A DNA stretch of 64,000 nt from Phycisphaerales bacterium (GCA_052168215.1 JBQLZJ010000009.1:16049-80048); one strand, 5' to 3'; shown: positions 29,067 to 39,510, counted from the stretch's first letter. Translations and numbers: made by a program. Notes: generated from the sequence alone by a model not told the origin.

Positions 29067-29474
29067 ATGAACAGATCCGGTCGAAACATCCTGTCGCTGA
29101 ACACGCTGATGCGGGCCGACGATTCGTCCGAGCGGAGCGACGCCCGCCGTCACGGCCGTGTCCGCATCGAGCTGATGAGCTGCTCCCTGGGCACCGTGCT
29201 GGACCTGTCCCGCTCGGGGATGCGCGTGCTGGCCCGTCGTCGGCGCGAGCTGGTTGCCAACATGAAGCACCAGATCGTCCTGGAGGCGTTCGATCAGCGC
29301 GTCGAGCTGCCCTGCCGCATCGCCTGGATCGAGAAACGCGGCCTGTTCAAGTCGGAGATCGGTATCGAGTTTGGCGAACTGACCGATGACCAGGCGGCGG
29401 TGCTGTGCAGCATCGCGCGGACCGCGGCCTCGAACGCGCAGCTGGGCTCGTTCTCCACACGCCGCGCGTCCTGA
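29067..29474 (+). CDS. PilZ-domain c-di-GMP-binding protein
   Basis: RRHGRVR (RxxxR) followed by LDLSRSGMRV (D-x-S-x-x-G), within a protein of single-domain size. Confidence 0.75.
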   Translation: MNRSGRNILSLNTLMRADDSSERSDARRHGRVRIELMSCSLGTVLDLSRSGMRVLARRRRELVANMKHQIVLEAFDQRVELPCRIAWIEKRGLFKSEIGIEFGELTDDQAAVLCSIARTAASNAQLGSFSTRRAS

Positions 29475-29543
29475 TCCGGCCTCAACCGTTCTCCACGGGG
29501 CATACGCTCTTCTGGTCGCCCGTGTCGGGCGCAGGAGAACGCC

Positions 29544-30122
29544 ATGCCAACCGTCGCTGTTGTGTATCACTCCGGTTTCGGCCATACAAAGGTGATGGCC
29601 GAGCATGTCCTCGCCGGCGTCAGATCGGTCAAGGGCGTTGAGGGCATCATCATCTCCGCCGACGAGCTGCCCGACCCCGATGCCGATCGCAAGCTCGGCG
29701 GGCGCTGGGACGAGCTGAACAGCGCCGACGCCATCGTCTTCGGCGCACCGACCTACATGGGCTCGCTCTCCGCCGGCATGAAGCGAGTCTTCGAGGTCGC
29801 CAGCGGGCTGTGGTTCAAGCAGGTGTGGAAGGACAAGCTCGCCGCCGGCTTCACCAACGGCGGCAGCTACTCGGGCGACAAGGTCAACACGCTCCAGGAC
29901 ATCTGGCACAACTGCATGCAGCACAGCATGATCTGGGTCTCCACCGGCTTCCTGAGCGAGGGCAACACCCCCGAGAGCATCAACCGCATGGGCAGCTTCG
30001 CCGGCGCCATGGCCCAGTCAGACAACGCCTCGCCCGAGGTGACGCCCCCGGTGGGCGACCGCAAGACCGCCGAGAAGTTCGGCGTCCGCATAGCGGAGGC
30101 TGTGATACGCTGGACGGCATGA
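29544..30122 (+). CDS. Flavodoxin-fold NAD(P)H:quinone oxidoreductase, WrbA-like
   Basis: VAVVYHSGFGHTKVMAEHV..., AIVFGAPTYMGSLSAGMKRVFE, and AAGFTNGGSYSGDK. Confidence 0.7.
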   Translation: MPTVAVVYHSGFGHTKVMAEHVLAGVRSVKGVEGIIISADELPDPDADRKLGGRWDELNSADAIVFGAPTYMGSLSAGMKRVFEVASGLWFKQVWKDKLAAGFTNGGSYSGDKVNTLQDIWHNCMQHSMIWVSTGFLSEGNTPESINRMGSFAGAMAQSDNASPEVTPPVGDRKTAEKFGVRIAEAVIRWTA

Positions 30123-31123
30123 TCAGCCAGCTTCGACTGACCCTCGCCGTTTTCGCCATCCTGTTCGCTCGCGCAGCCTTCGCCGGGTCGGAGGAGGATG
30201 TCGACGCGCTGCTGAGCCGCATGCACGAGGCGTCGAAGAACGCGGATGTGGCGTACTTCGACCTGTTCGCGGATGATGCCGTGTTCTTCGGGACCGACCT
30301 GTGGGAACGCTGGACGAAGAGCCAGTTCGAGGCGTTGTACCGGCCGTACATGGAGTCGGGCCGAGGCTGGGAGTTGCAGGTGCGGTCGCGGATCATCGCG
30401 GTGCAGCCGTGCGATACCATGGCGCTGTTCGACGAGGTCCTGTTCAGCGAGAGCTTCGGGCTATGCCGAGCAACAGGCGCGGCGAGGCTCGATGATGGCG
30501 CGTGGACCATCGTGCGGTATCACCTGGATATCACGATACCGAATCCGGTCGTCGACGAGGTGGTACCCATCGCGCAGCGTTCAATCGACTCCACGATCCG
30601 CTACGCGAGCATCGACGCGACGGGCTTGGAAGCGGACCAGATCGCCTCGTTCCTTGGAGCTGCGAAGCCCGATCTTGTCTATATCACCAACATGGAGACG
30701 CAGGTTTGGCTGCCGCTGAACCGACTCATTGACACCCGTACCTTTGGCTCAGGATACGCCCACCTGAGCGATCCCTGGAGCACGCGGCACCTGCTTGCCA
30801 GAGACTCAGCCTTCGACGATTCCGTTGGCACAGGCGAAACGCGTGTTGGCGGGCATATGCTCGCCAGCGTTGAGCGGTGCTGCGATTTCGACGACTTCCA
30901 CATCGTAATAGTGAACCCGGACGCCGATGAGGCTGACGAAGCCGAGCTCCGCATGATCCGAGATCGGCTCGGCCGCGTCCTGATGCTCCGCAATGACACA
31001 TTCGAACCCGACGAAGCGACCTTCTCGATCGAACTCGAACCACGCGAAATCGCCGGGATTTCTGTTCTTTCAGGCGAGATCAGGTTTGTCAGTGGGCAGA
31101 GTCCGAAGCCGCCCGCCGAATAG
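30119..31123 (+). CDS. Secreted two-domain protein: NTF2/SnoaL-like N-terminal domain plus unknown C-terminal domain
   Basis: ATG at codon 104 of track ORF 29810..31123 overlaps the WrbA-like stop (ATGA). Signal peptide MISQLRLTLAVFAILFARAAFAGS. DVAYFDLFADDAVFFGTDLWERWTKSQF...WTIVRYHLD resembles DUF4440/SnoaL. Confidence 0.55.
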   Translation: MISQLRLTLAVFAILFARAAFAGSEEDVDALLSRMHEASKNADVAYFDLFADDAVFFGTDLWERWTKSQFEALYRPYMESGRGWELQVRSRIIAVQPCDTMALFDEVLFSESFGLCRATGAARLDDGAWTIVRYHLDITIPNPVVDEVVPIAQRSIDSTIRYASIDATGLEADQIASFLGAAKPDLVYITNMETQVWLPLNRLIDTRTFGSGYAHLSDPWSTRHLLARDSAFDDSVGTGETRVGGHMLASVERCCDFDDFHIVIVNPDADEADEAELRMIRDRLGRVLMLRNDTFEPDEATFSIELEPREIAGISVLSGEIRFVSGQSPKPPAE

Positions 31124-32147
31124 CTCCGCCCGCCCGCTCGATCGCCGCATCATCGATGTGCAGATGCACCACCGCCCGCACGCTCTGCGGCCCCTCATCG
31201 AGCATCAGCGCCTCGCCCTTCACTCGCTCGCAGAACTCGCCCGCGGTGCCGAGTGACGGGTCCACATCGAAGTAGACCATGTTCGTCTGCACGCGCTCGC
31301 GGTCGACCGTGATGCCTGGGGCGTCCGCGATCAGGTCGCACAGCGTCTGCGCGCGGGCGTGGTCGTCGGTCATGCGCTGCCGGTGATGATCGAGCGCATA
31401 GTTCGCGGCCGCAGCGAGCATGCCGGATTGCCGCATCGCGCCGCCGAGCTGCTTGCGCAGGTGCCGGGCACGCTTGATCGTTTCACGGTCAGCCACGAGC
31501 GCCGAGCCGACCGGGCAGCCGAGGCCCTTGCTGAAGCACACGCTGACCGTGTCGGCGTGCAGCCCGTACTCGGCGGGTGATGCGCCGGTCGCGGCGCACG
31601 CGTTCCACAGCCGGGCGCCGTCCATGTGGACGCGCAGGCCCCGTTCGTGCGCTCGATCTGAGACACGCGCGAGCTGATCGACCGGCCAGGGGATCCCGCC
31701 GCCCCGGTTGTGCGTGTTCTCGACCGCGAGCAGCTTCGGCGTGGGAAAGTGGGGGTCGTCCCAGAGGCGGACGAGCGGCTCGAAGTCGTCAGCGGTGAAG
31801 AGTCCGCGATTGCCGTGGGTGTAGCGGACGGAGAGCCCCGCGACCGCGGCGTAGCCGCCGGTTTCGTAGTAGACGATGTGGCACTCGTGGTCGCAGATCA
31901 TCTCGTCGCCGTGCGACGTTTGGCTGCGGAGCGCGAGCAGGTTGGCCATGGTGCCGCTGGGGACAAACAGCGCGTCGTCCTTGCCGAGCAGCGCGGCGAC
32001 TTTGGCTTCGAGCTCGCGGACGGTCGGGTCGCCCTCGAGGACATCGTCGCCGAGCGGGGCGGTGGCCATCGCCTCACGCATCGCGGGCGTGGGCTGGGTG
32101 ACGGTATCGGAACGGAGGTCAACGGGAGCGGTGTCGGGTCGGGGCAT
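31089..32147 (-). CDS. ltaE: Low-specificity L-threonine aldolase
   Basis: DLRSDTVTQPTPAMREAMATAPLGDDVLEGDPTVRELEAKVAALLGKDDALFVPSGTMANLLAL and the FSKGLGCPVGS PLP-lysine region. Confidence 0.85.
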   Translation of the reverse strand: MPRPDTAPVDLRSDTVTQPTPAMREAMATAPLGDDVLEGDPTVRELEAKVAALLGKDDALFVPSGTMANLLALRSQTSHGDEMICDHECHIVYYETGGYAAVAGLSVRYTHGNRGLFTADDFEPLVRLWDDPHFPTPKLLAVENTHNRGGGIPWPVDQLARVSDRAHERGLRVHMDGARLWNACAATGASPAEYGLHADTVSVCFSKGLGCPVGSALVADRETIKRARHLRKQLGGAMRQSGMLAAAANYALDHHRQRMTDDHARAQTLCDLIADAPGITVDRERVQTNMVYFDVDPSLGTAGEFCERVKGEALMLDEGPQSVRAVVHLHIDDAAIERAGGAIRRAASDSAH

Positions 32148-32159
32148 GCCCCGATGATG

Positions 32160-32900
32160 TCACCGTCGACGGCGGAGGGCAAGCAGGGAGAGCGGCGCGA
32201 TCGCGAGCGTTGCCGGTGCGGGGATGATCGCGACGGTCACGCTCCACTCGACACTCGCAAAGCCGAGCGGCTCGCCGACACCGCCCGAGAAATGGTCGGA
32301 GTGGAACTGGAAGAACTGGGGGGAGCCACCGGCGGAAGTGCCCTCGAGGTCGACGGCGTCGAACGAATCGGCCGGATCGCCCAGCGGGTCGGCGAGCAGG
32401 CCGGCGAACCCCGCTCCGACAAACGAGCCGTTCAGCAGCACCGGGCTGCCGTTCGCGGGAAACCGCAGCGGATCGTGCGTCAGCGTCCCGGTGATCCGCA
32501 GCGGAACATCCGCCGGGAGCGTGACGGCGACGATGCCGAAGGTGTTGTGCCCTTGCGACGCGAACTGCGGCACGGCACCGACGCCGCCCGGCGTCTCGAA
32601 CGCGCGGATCGAGCCGGTGAATGTCACCGAGTCACCGGCCGCGATCACCGAGTAGCGCTGCTCCAAGCGGATGCTCCGTCCGAGAATATCCGTGCTCTCG
32701 AGCACGCGGGTGATGTCGAAATCGCCCGTGCCGGACTCGTTGAGCTCCTGGAACACCGAGCCGCCGGCTCCTGTGAGATCGGAGACGCTGGCCGAGCCAC
32801 CGATCGAGTAATCACCGACCACGATCTGGCCGGCCGCGGCGCTGCCAATGCAGAGAGGGATCAGCGAGAACAGGCTTCTCTGTATGAGCTTCTTTCGCAT
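32160..32900 (-). CDS. Secreted protein with a PEP-CTERM-like (PAP variant) C-terminal sorting tail, paralog A
   Basis: ATG at codon 38 of track ORF 32160..33011 gives signal peptide MRKKLIQRSLFSLIPLCIGSAAAGQ. The C-terminus ...VTVAIIPAPATLAIAPLSLLALRRRR* is P-x-P, a hydrophobic helix, then an Arg cluster. Confidence 0.65.
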   Translation of the reverse strand: MRKKLIQRSLFSLIPLCIGSAAAGQIVVGDYSIGGSASVSDLTGAGGSVFQELNESGTGDFDITRVLESTDILGRSIRLEQRYSVIAAGDSVTFTGSIRAFETPGGVGAVPQFASQGHNTFGIVAVTLPADVPLRITGTLTHDPLRFPANGSPVLLNGSFVGAGFAGLLADPLGDPADSFDAVDLEGTSAGGSPQFFQFHSDHFSGGVGEPLGFASVEWSVTVAIIPAPATLAIAPLSLLALRRRR

Positions 32901-32961
32901 GAGAAGAGCATACCAGATCGATGCAAGGGGAAGAAGACTCAGCGGGTGATCTTTGCGGTAT

Positions 32962-33720
32962 CTATATTGAGTCTCGTGTCCTCGTCGGAGATCGTCGTCG
33001 TTGGGATGCAAGGACCATGCCAGCGGCCAGCACGCCGAGCCCGCCCGGCGCGGGCACGACCCTGACGCTGATATCCCACGACAGATCGAGGCTGGTCAGC
33101 GCGCTGCCGGGTTCGCCGATGCCGGTGCTGAACGAGTCCCACGCGATGAAGTGCGTGCCCGCTGGGAAGACAGCCTGGGCGAAGACCTCGACGAACGGAT
33201 CGTTGGGGCTCGGACCCGCGGCAAACTCGACGGCGAAGGGCCCGAGATTGAACAGCACGCCCGTTCCGTTGAGCAGGTCAATCGAACCGGTGTCCAGCAG
33301 GCCGTTGTCGTGGCGGATGAACCCCTCGATGCGCACGAGCGAGCGCTCGCTGAGTGAGAAGATGATGTCGGACGAGAGGCGGTGCTGCTGCTGGTAGAAC
33401 GGGAACGCGGGCTCGGTCGAGATCACTTCGCCCCAGAAGCGAAAGCCGCGAGCCAGCTGTTCCGAACGCATCGCGCCGGAGAAGGCGGCCGAGAAGTCGT
33501 TGGACTCATCGATGAGCACGGTCGGGGTGAACTCGATCGAATACGGCGCGGTCAGCGGCCCGGTGTCGAACGCATCCGCGACGGAGCCCCTCGCCGCCGA
33601 CGCCGAGTACTGCCCGAAGGCGGTGTACGACTGGACCTGCAACTGGCTCGCGGCAGATCCGCAGCCGAACGCCACGGAGAGGGCGGCGGGAACGCGGAGG
33701 TCGTGCCGGTGCAGGCGCAT
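32962..33720 (-). CDS. Secreted protein with a PEP-CTERM-like (PAP variant) tail, paralog B
   Basis: ATG at codon 13 gives MRLHRHDLRVPAALSVAFGCGSAASQ. The C-terminus is ...ISVRVVPAPGGLGVLAAGMVLASQRRRSPTRTRDSI*. It shares FS-G-GEP...W..SV..(I/V)PAP with paralog A. Confidence 0.6.
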   Translation of the reverse strand: MRLHRHDLRVPAALSVAFGCGSAASQLQVQSYTAFGQYSASAARGSVADAFDTGPLTAPYSIEFTPTVLIDESNDFSAAFSGAMRSEQLARGFRFWGEVISTEPAFPFYQQQHRLSSDIIFSLSERSLVRIEGFIRHDNGLLDTGSIDLLNGTGVLFNLGPFAVEFAAGPSPNDPFVEVFAQAVFPAGTHFIAWDSFSTGIGEPGSALTSLDLSWDISVRVVPAPGGLGVLAAGMVLASQRRRSPTRTRDSI

Positions 33721-33770
33721 TGGATGAAGGTACCACGCCGACCGTGATCGGAGCAAGAGCAGGGTTGAGA

Positions 33771-35264
33771 TCAGCTCTCCGCCCGGACAACCGGCGCGGG
33801 TCCGCGAGTCTTCGAATCGGCCGGGGCACGGTTCTCAACCGGGGTCAGGTCCATCGTGCGGTCCATCCAGACGAACCCGACCGCGCCGAGGAGCACCAGC
33901 ACGAGGCACAGGCCGATCGCCCAGGGCTCGGTGCCGGGGTGGTGCTCGGCGAGCCAGTTGTAGAGCGACACCGAGGCGGCCGGTCCGATCAGCCCTCGCA
34001 CGCCGGTGAGCGTGACATGCACACCCATGTACTCGCTCGCCCGGCTGGTGGGCGCGAAGTCGTGGTGCCCGAGTTGCCACGCCAGCATGCCCCCGGCCAG
34101 CGCGAAGCCCTTCAGACCCGCCGCGACGAACAGCAGCCACTCGATGTGCCCGAGCACAGCGACGAGCAGGAGCGCCATCGTGACCACGAACATCCAGCTG
34201 TGGACCGCGCGGAACCGGACGATGTGCGCGCGGTCCAGCAGCCGTGCCCACACGGGCACCGCGATCGGCGTCAGCAGCATGCCGAGCGATCCCGAGAGCA
34301 GCAGCACCTTGAAGTAGCCCGCGTCGAACCGCTCCCGCAGGATGATCGGGATCAGCGGGAAGAGCATCAGGTTGCCGATGCCCATCAGGAACTGGTTGAC
34401 CTGGTACGCGCCGTAGCGGCGATCCTCGAGAAGAAGGCCCACCACGCCCCAGGGGTTCAGTGTCGGGCCGGTGTTATCGGCGCTGGACTCGCGCTCCGCC
34501 TGCAGCATGCGCTTGTGCTGACGCACGCGGATCGTCGAGATCACGGCGGTCCCGGCGCCGGCGCAGCACGCCGCAACGATCAGAAACCCCTTGAAGACCT
34601 GCCAGGGCTCGATGCCAAGTTGATTCAGCGAGAGCGCCGGGTGGAGTGGCTGCAGCTTGTCGCCCATGAGCGCGCCGAGCAGGATCCCGAGCGATCCGAT
34701 CGTCAGCGTCTGGACGGTCGAGAGCTTGCCGGCGACGCGCGCCCGAAGGCTCCGCGCGTAATTGGCCCGCCAGATCGTCGACCGCACCGCGATGTACCCG
34801 GACCAGCACACCCAGGCACCGAACGCGCACGCGACCTGGCCCACGAGCCCGGCCGGCGTGGGGGGCATGAGCGCCAGCATCACGACGAACAGCGCCATGG
34901 CTGTCTGCACCGCGACGATGAAGCGCGTCTTGTTGACGCCGTGTGCGACACGCGTCCAGATGAAGTTGAAGATGTTCGCGGCCGCGGGCACCGTGGCGAA
35001 GGCGGCCACGGCGTAGTTGAGCGGGGTCGGATCGACGACGCCGTCGTACGCCACCCTCGCCACGCCCGCGAGCACCGAGCCCTCGAAGGCCGCCCGGCCG
35101 ACGGAGAGGAATGCCGTCCCCGTCAGCTCCCTGGCGTAATTCCGCTGGATGGGTGCCGGCATCGCCCGCGGATGGAACGACCCGGCCGCCCGTCGGGCCA
35201 GACCGACGGGGCCATTGCTCTGGCGGGATGATGACGCAGGCCGCACGAGGATTGGTAGGCTCAC
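33771..35264 (-). CDS. MFS-type transporter (about 12 TM helices)
   Basis: Two bundles of about 6 hydrophobic helices are separated by the charged loop IRVRQHKRMLQAERESSADN. The start is ambiguous: an in-frame ATG at 35162 gives MPAPIQRNYAREL. Confidence 0.55.
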   Translation of the reverse strand: MSLPILVRPASSSRQSNGPVGLARRAAGSFHPRAMPAPIQRNYARELTGTAFLSVGRAAFEGSVLAGVARVAYDGVVDPTPLNYAVAAFATVPAAANIFNFIWTRVAHGVNKTRFIVAVQTAMALFVVMLALMPPTPAGLVGQVACAFGAWVCWSGYIAVRSTIWRANYARSLRARVAGKLSTVQTLTIGSLGILLGALMGDKLQPLHPALSLNQLGIEPWQVFKGFLIVAACCAGAGTAVISTIRVRQHKRMLQAERESSADNTGPTLNPWGVVGLLLEDRRYGAYQVNQFLMGIGNLMLFPLIPIILRERFDAGYFKVLLLSGSLGMLLTPIAVPVWARLLDRAHIVRFRAVHSWMFVVTMALLLVAVLGHIEWLLFVAAGLKGFALAGGMLAWQLGHHDFAPTSRASEYMGVHVTLTGVRGLIGPAASVSLYNWLAEHHPGTEPWAIGLCLVLVLLGAVGFVWMDRTMDLTPVENRAPADSKTRGPAPVVRAES

Positions 35265-35383
35265 CCACGCCCCGGTGGAGATCCCCTCTGCCAGACCGGC
35301 GTGTCCGGAGAGTCGTCGCGAGGCGCGGAGGACCGACCGCCGTCGGGGTGTTCGATCCGTCGTCGGCGTACGATCCTCCGCCC

Positions 35384-37215
<1,832 letters not shown>

Positions 37216-37216
<1 letters not shown>

Positions 37217-37347
37217 TGACTCAGGCGGAAACTAACTCGCAGAGTGGCCAGACGCAGCAATCCGACGACAAGTGGGATCCCAAGGCGATCGAGGCTGCGC
37301 TGCGCAAGGCCGCACAGGCGGCGGCTCGGCGCAAGGCTGCTGGGTGA
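37216..37347 (+). CDS. Possible 43-codon ORF between the two lepA-end repeats (MTQAETNSQSGQTQQSDDKWDPKAIEAALRKAAQAAARRKAAG)
   Basis: The ATG overlaps the lepA TGA (gagTGATGact) and GGAGG lies 4 nt upstream. Composition is Q/S/T/K-rich, unlike neighbouring genes. No family recognised. Confidence 0.3.
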
Positions 37348-37352
37348 CACTC

Positions 37353-37395
37353 CTGCAGAAAGCCTTCATGGCGGTACCGGAGCAGGGGAAGGAGT
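37353..37395 (+). repeat. Direct repeat copy 2: degenerate copy of the lepA 3' end (reads LQKAFMAVPEQGKE, followed by TAG) supplying AAGGAG (37389-37394) 7 nt upstream of the GTG of the next gene
   Basis: ctgcagaaagccttcatggcggtaccggagcaggggaaggagt. See copy 1. Confidence 0.8.
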
Positions 37396-37401
37396 AGATT
37401 C

Positions 37402-38064
37402 GTGTCAGATCCGGCGAGATCTACTACCGACGTAGCGTTCCCCGACTGGTTTAAAGAACATGCAAAGACCTGGGACCGACTTCGAGACGCCGTAGACGAC
37501 CACACGGTCGTCGTCATCGGCGGCGCTCGTTTAGATGAAGCACTCGACCAAGCGATCCGTGCCCAACTTGTACGACTGCCAGACACCCAGGATGAATTGC
37601 TGCTTCCGAGCAAGCCGCTAGGCTCGTTTTCCGCCAAGATTGACATGGCGCTGATGCTGGGACTGATTTCTGTCCACATGCACAAAGAACTCCACCGTTT
37701 GCGCAGAATACGAAACAGGGTCGCCCATCTTTCAAGTGAAGCCGACTTGTCCAAAGACGAGCTGCGCGATATGTGTATGTCTTTGCGCTCGACCAACGAT
37801 TTGCCTGATCATCTGCGAGATCAGATGTACCCGACTCCTCGCCATCGATTTGAACACGCGGTCTCGACATTTGAAGTAGTAATAAAGGGCGTCGCTGAGC
37901 GAGTCGTTCAGTTGAAGCTACCACTCTTGGATGGTCGCGACTTCGCGATGATGGATACAGAGGAACGCGAGGAGCGGTTCGCAAACCGCACAAGCGAGGG
38001 CTACCTGTGCTTGGATGGTCGTTTGTATGATCTGAATTGCACGCAGCGCAAGACGACATCGTGA
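37402..38064 (+). CDS. MtlR/YggD-like (mannitol-repressor-family helical domain) protein in a visibly lower-GC segment
   Basis: GTG start with an AAGGAG SD. GARLDEALDQAIRAQLV...SKPLGSFSAKIDMALMLGLISVHMHKELHRLRRIRNRVAH matches the G-PL-SFSAKI-LAY-LGLI...L-IRK-IRN-FAH core I associate with MtlR/YggD-type domains. Confidence 0.6.
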   Translation: MSDPARSTTDVAFPDWFKEHAKTWDRLRDAVDDHTVVVIGGARLDEALDQAIRAQLVRLPDTQDELLLPSKPLGSFSAKIDMALMLGLISVHMHKELHRLRRIRNRVAHLSSEADLSKDELRDMCMSLRSTNDLPDHLRDQMYPTPRHRFEHAVSTFEVVIKGVAERVVQLKLPLLDGRDFAMMDTEEREERFANRTSEGYLCLDGRLYDLNCTQRKTTS

Positions 38065-38116
38065 ATCAATGTATAGCGATTGCCATCCTGCACCTTCACT
38101 CAACGGGGACCCCACC

Positions 38117-38533
38117 ATGCCATCGATGACCGAAACCGCCCGGAAGCTGTTTGACGCCTGTGAGTCCGGGAAGGGCTGGGAGGCGTGCCGCGAGTTCTGT
38201 CATGCGGACGCGACATTCAACGCCCAGACGGACGCGTTGGCCGAGGTGACCACGGTCGAGGCGTACACAGACTTCATGGCCAGCATCTACCACATCATGC
38301 CAGACGCCCGGTACGAGGTTCACGCGTTCGCGGGTGACGAGAGCACGAACCGCGTGATGGGCTTCGGCATGTTCTTCGCCACGCACACCGAGGAGGGCGG
38401 GCCCGTGCCGCCGACGGGCAAGTCCCTCGAGGCGGAGTATGTCTACATCTTCACCTTCGACGGCGACAAAGTCCGTCGTATGACCAAGGTCTGGAACGAT
38501 GTGCACAGCTTCAAGCAGGTCGGCTGGGCCTGA
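38117..38533 (+). CDS. SnoaL-like / ester-cyclase-type NTF2-fold protein
   Basis: MPSMTETARKLFDACESGKGWEACREFCHADATFNAQ...YEVHAFAGDESTNRVMGFGMFFATH...KVRRMTKVWN. Size and pattern fit SnoaL-like cyclases. ATG at codon 17 of the track ORF. Confidence 0.6.
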   Translation: MPSMTETARKLFDACESGKGWEACREFCHADATFNAQTDALAEVTTVEAYTDFMASIYHIMPDARYEVHAFAGDESTNRVMGFGMFFATHTEEGGPVPPTGKSLEAEYVYIFTFDGDKVRRMTKVWNDVHSFKQVGWA

Positions 38534-38549
38534 TTTGCGGCAAATCAGG
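38529..38549. promoter_or_regulatory. Perfect 10+10 inverted repeat cctgatttgc-g-gcaaatcagg overlapping the stop codon of the SnoaL-like gene (weak terminator or operator)
   Basis: Read directly; it is followed by tgatttcac. It is more A/T-rich than its surroundings. Confidence 0.35.
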
Positions 38550-38679
38550 TGATTTCACGCGATTCCGTGCCGATCTGCCGCGAAAGTGGATCGATCGTCC
38601 CGGTTTCCCTAGGGTCTCTCAATCCGGTGGCGCGTCGTCGCCGCGTTTCGCACGCGACCCGAGCAACAGGGGATTCCAC

Positions 38680-39495
38680 ATGTCGTCATCAGCCGTTCCG
38701 AGCGTTCTCGCTCCGTCGCTCCGTGCGCTGGCCGAGGCCGCGCCGCCCGTCGCCGTGCCCGCGGAGGGCGGGACCATCGATCAGGACAGCGAGTGGTTCC
38801 TGGTGAAGTACGAGGGCGCGTGGCGCGAGCTTCGGCTGCACGATTACCCGGACATCTACTCGATCGAGGGGCTCTACGAGAAGGTCGTGTACGACCTGCT
38901 GCGGTGCCGATCGCCCGAGGTGATCCGCGACGAGCTGGTGTCGGCCGTGAAGAAGGCCGGCGGGGACCCGTCGGGACTGACGGTGCTCGATCTTGGCGCG
39001 GGCAACGGGATCATGGCAGAACGGCTCAAAGAGGCTGGTATCGCCGAGGGTGAGGATGGGGCGTTCATCGGCGCGGACCTGATCCCGGAGGCGGCGGAGG
39101 CGGCCGAGCGCGATCGGCCGGGTATCTATGACGAGTATGTCGTCGGCGACATCACCGATCTGCCAGCGCAGGAGCAGGCGAAGCTGGCGTCCGTCGAGCC
39201 GGATGTGCTCACCTGCGTCGCGGCGCTCGGGTTCGGCGACATCCCGCCCGAGGCGTTCATCGCCGGCTTCGAGAAGGTGCGCGTCGGCGGCTGGGTCGCG
39301 TTCTGCATCCGGGACCGATTCGTCGATGCCGACGACGGGTCCGGCTTTTCCAGGTTGATCGATCACCTGATCCGTGACGGCGTGATCGAGGTCGTCTCGA
39401 CACGGCGGTATGTCCACCGCGTCGCCTTCAGCGGCGAGCCGATCGAGTATGTGGCGTACATCGCGCGCAAGTGCGATGAGCAGCGCCGGTTCTGA
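38680..39495 (+). CDS. Class I SAM-dependent methyltransferase with an N-terminal extension
   Basis: Motif I is VLDLGAGNGIMAERL. The acidic post-I region is IGADLIPEA. The N-terminal part is EWFLVKYEGAWRELRLHDYPDIYSIEGLYEKVVYDLLRCRSP. Confidence 0.75.
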   Translation: MSSSAVPSVLAPSLRALAEAAPPVAVPAEGGTIDQDSEWFLVKYEGAWRELRLHDYPDIYSIEGLYEKVVYDLLRCRSPEVIRDELVSAVKKAGGDPSGLTVLDLGAGNGIMAERLKEAGIAEGEDGAFIGADLIPEAAEAAERDRPGIYDEYVVGDITDLPAQEQAKLASVEPDVLTCVAALGFGDIPPEAFIAGFEKVRVGGWVAFCIRDRFVDADDGSGFSRLIDHLIRDGVIEVVSTRRYVHRVAFSGEPIEYVAYIARKCDEQRRF

Positions 39496-39510
39496 GCCCC
39501 GCGTCTGGCG

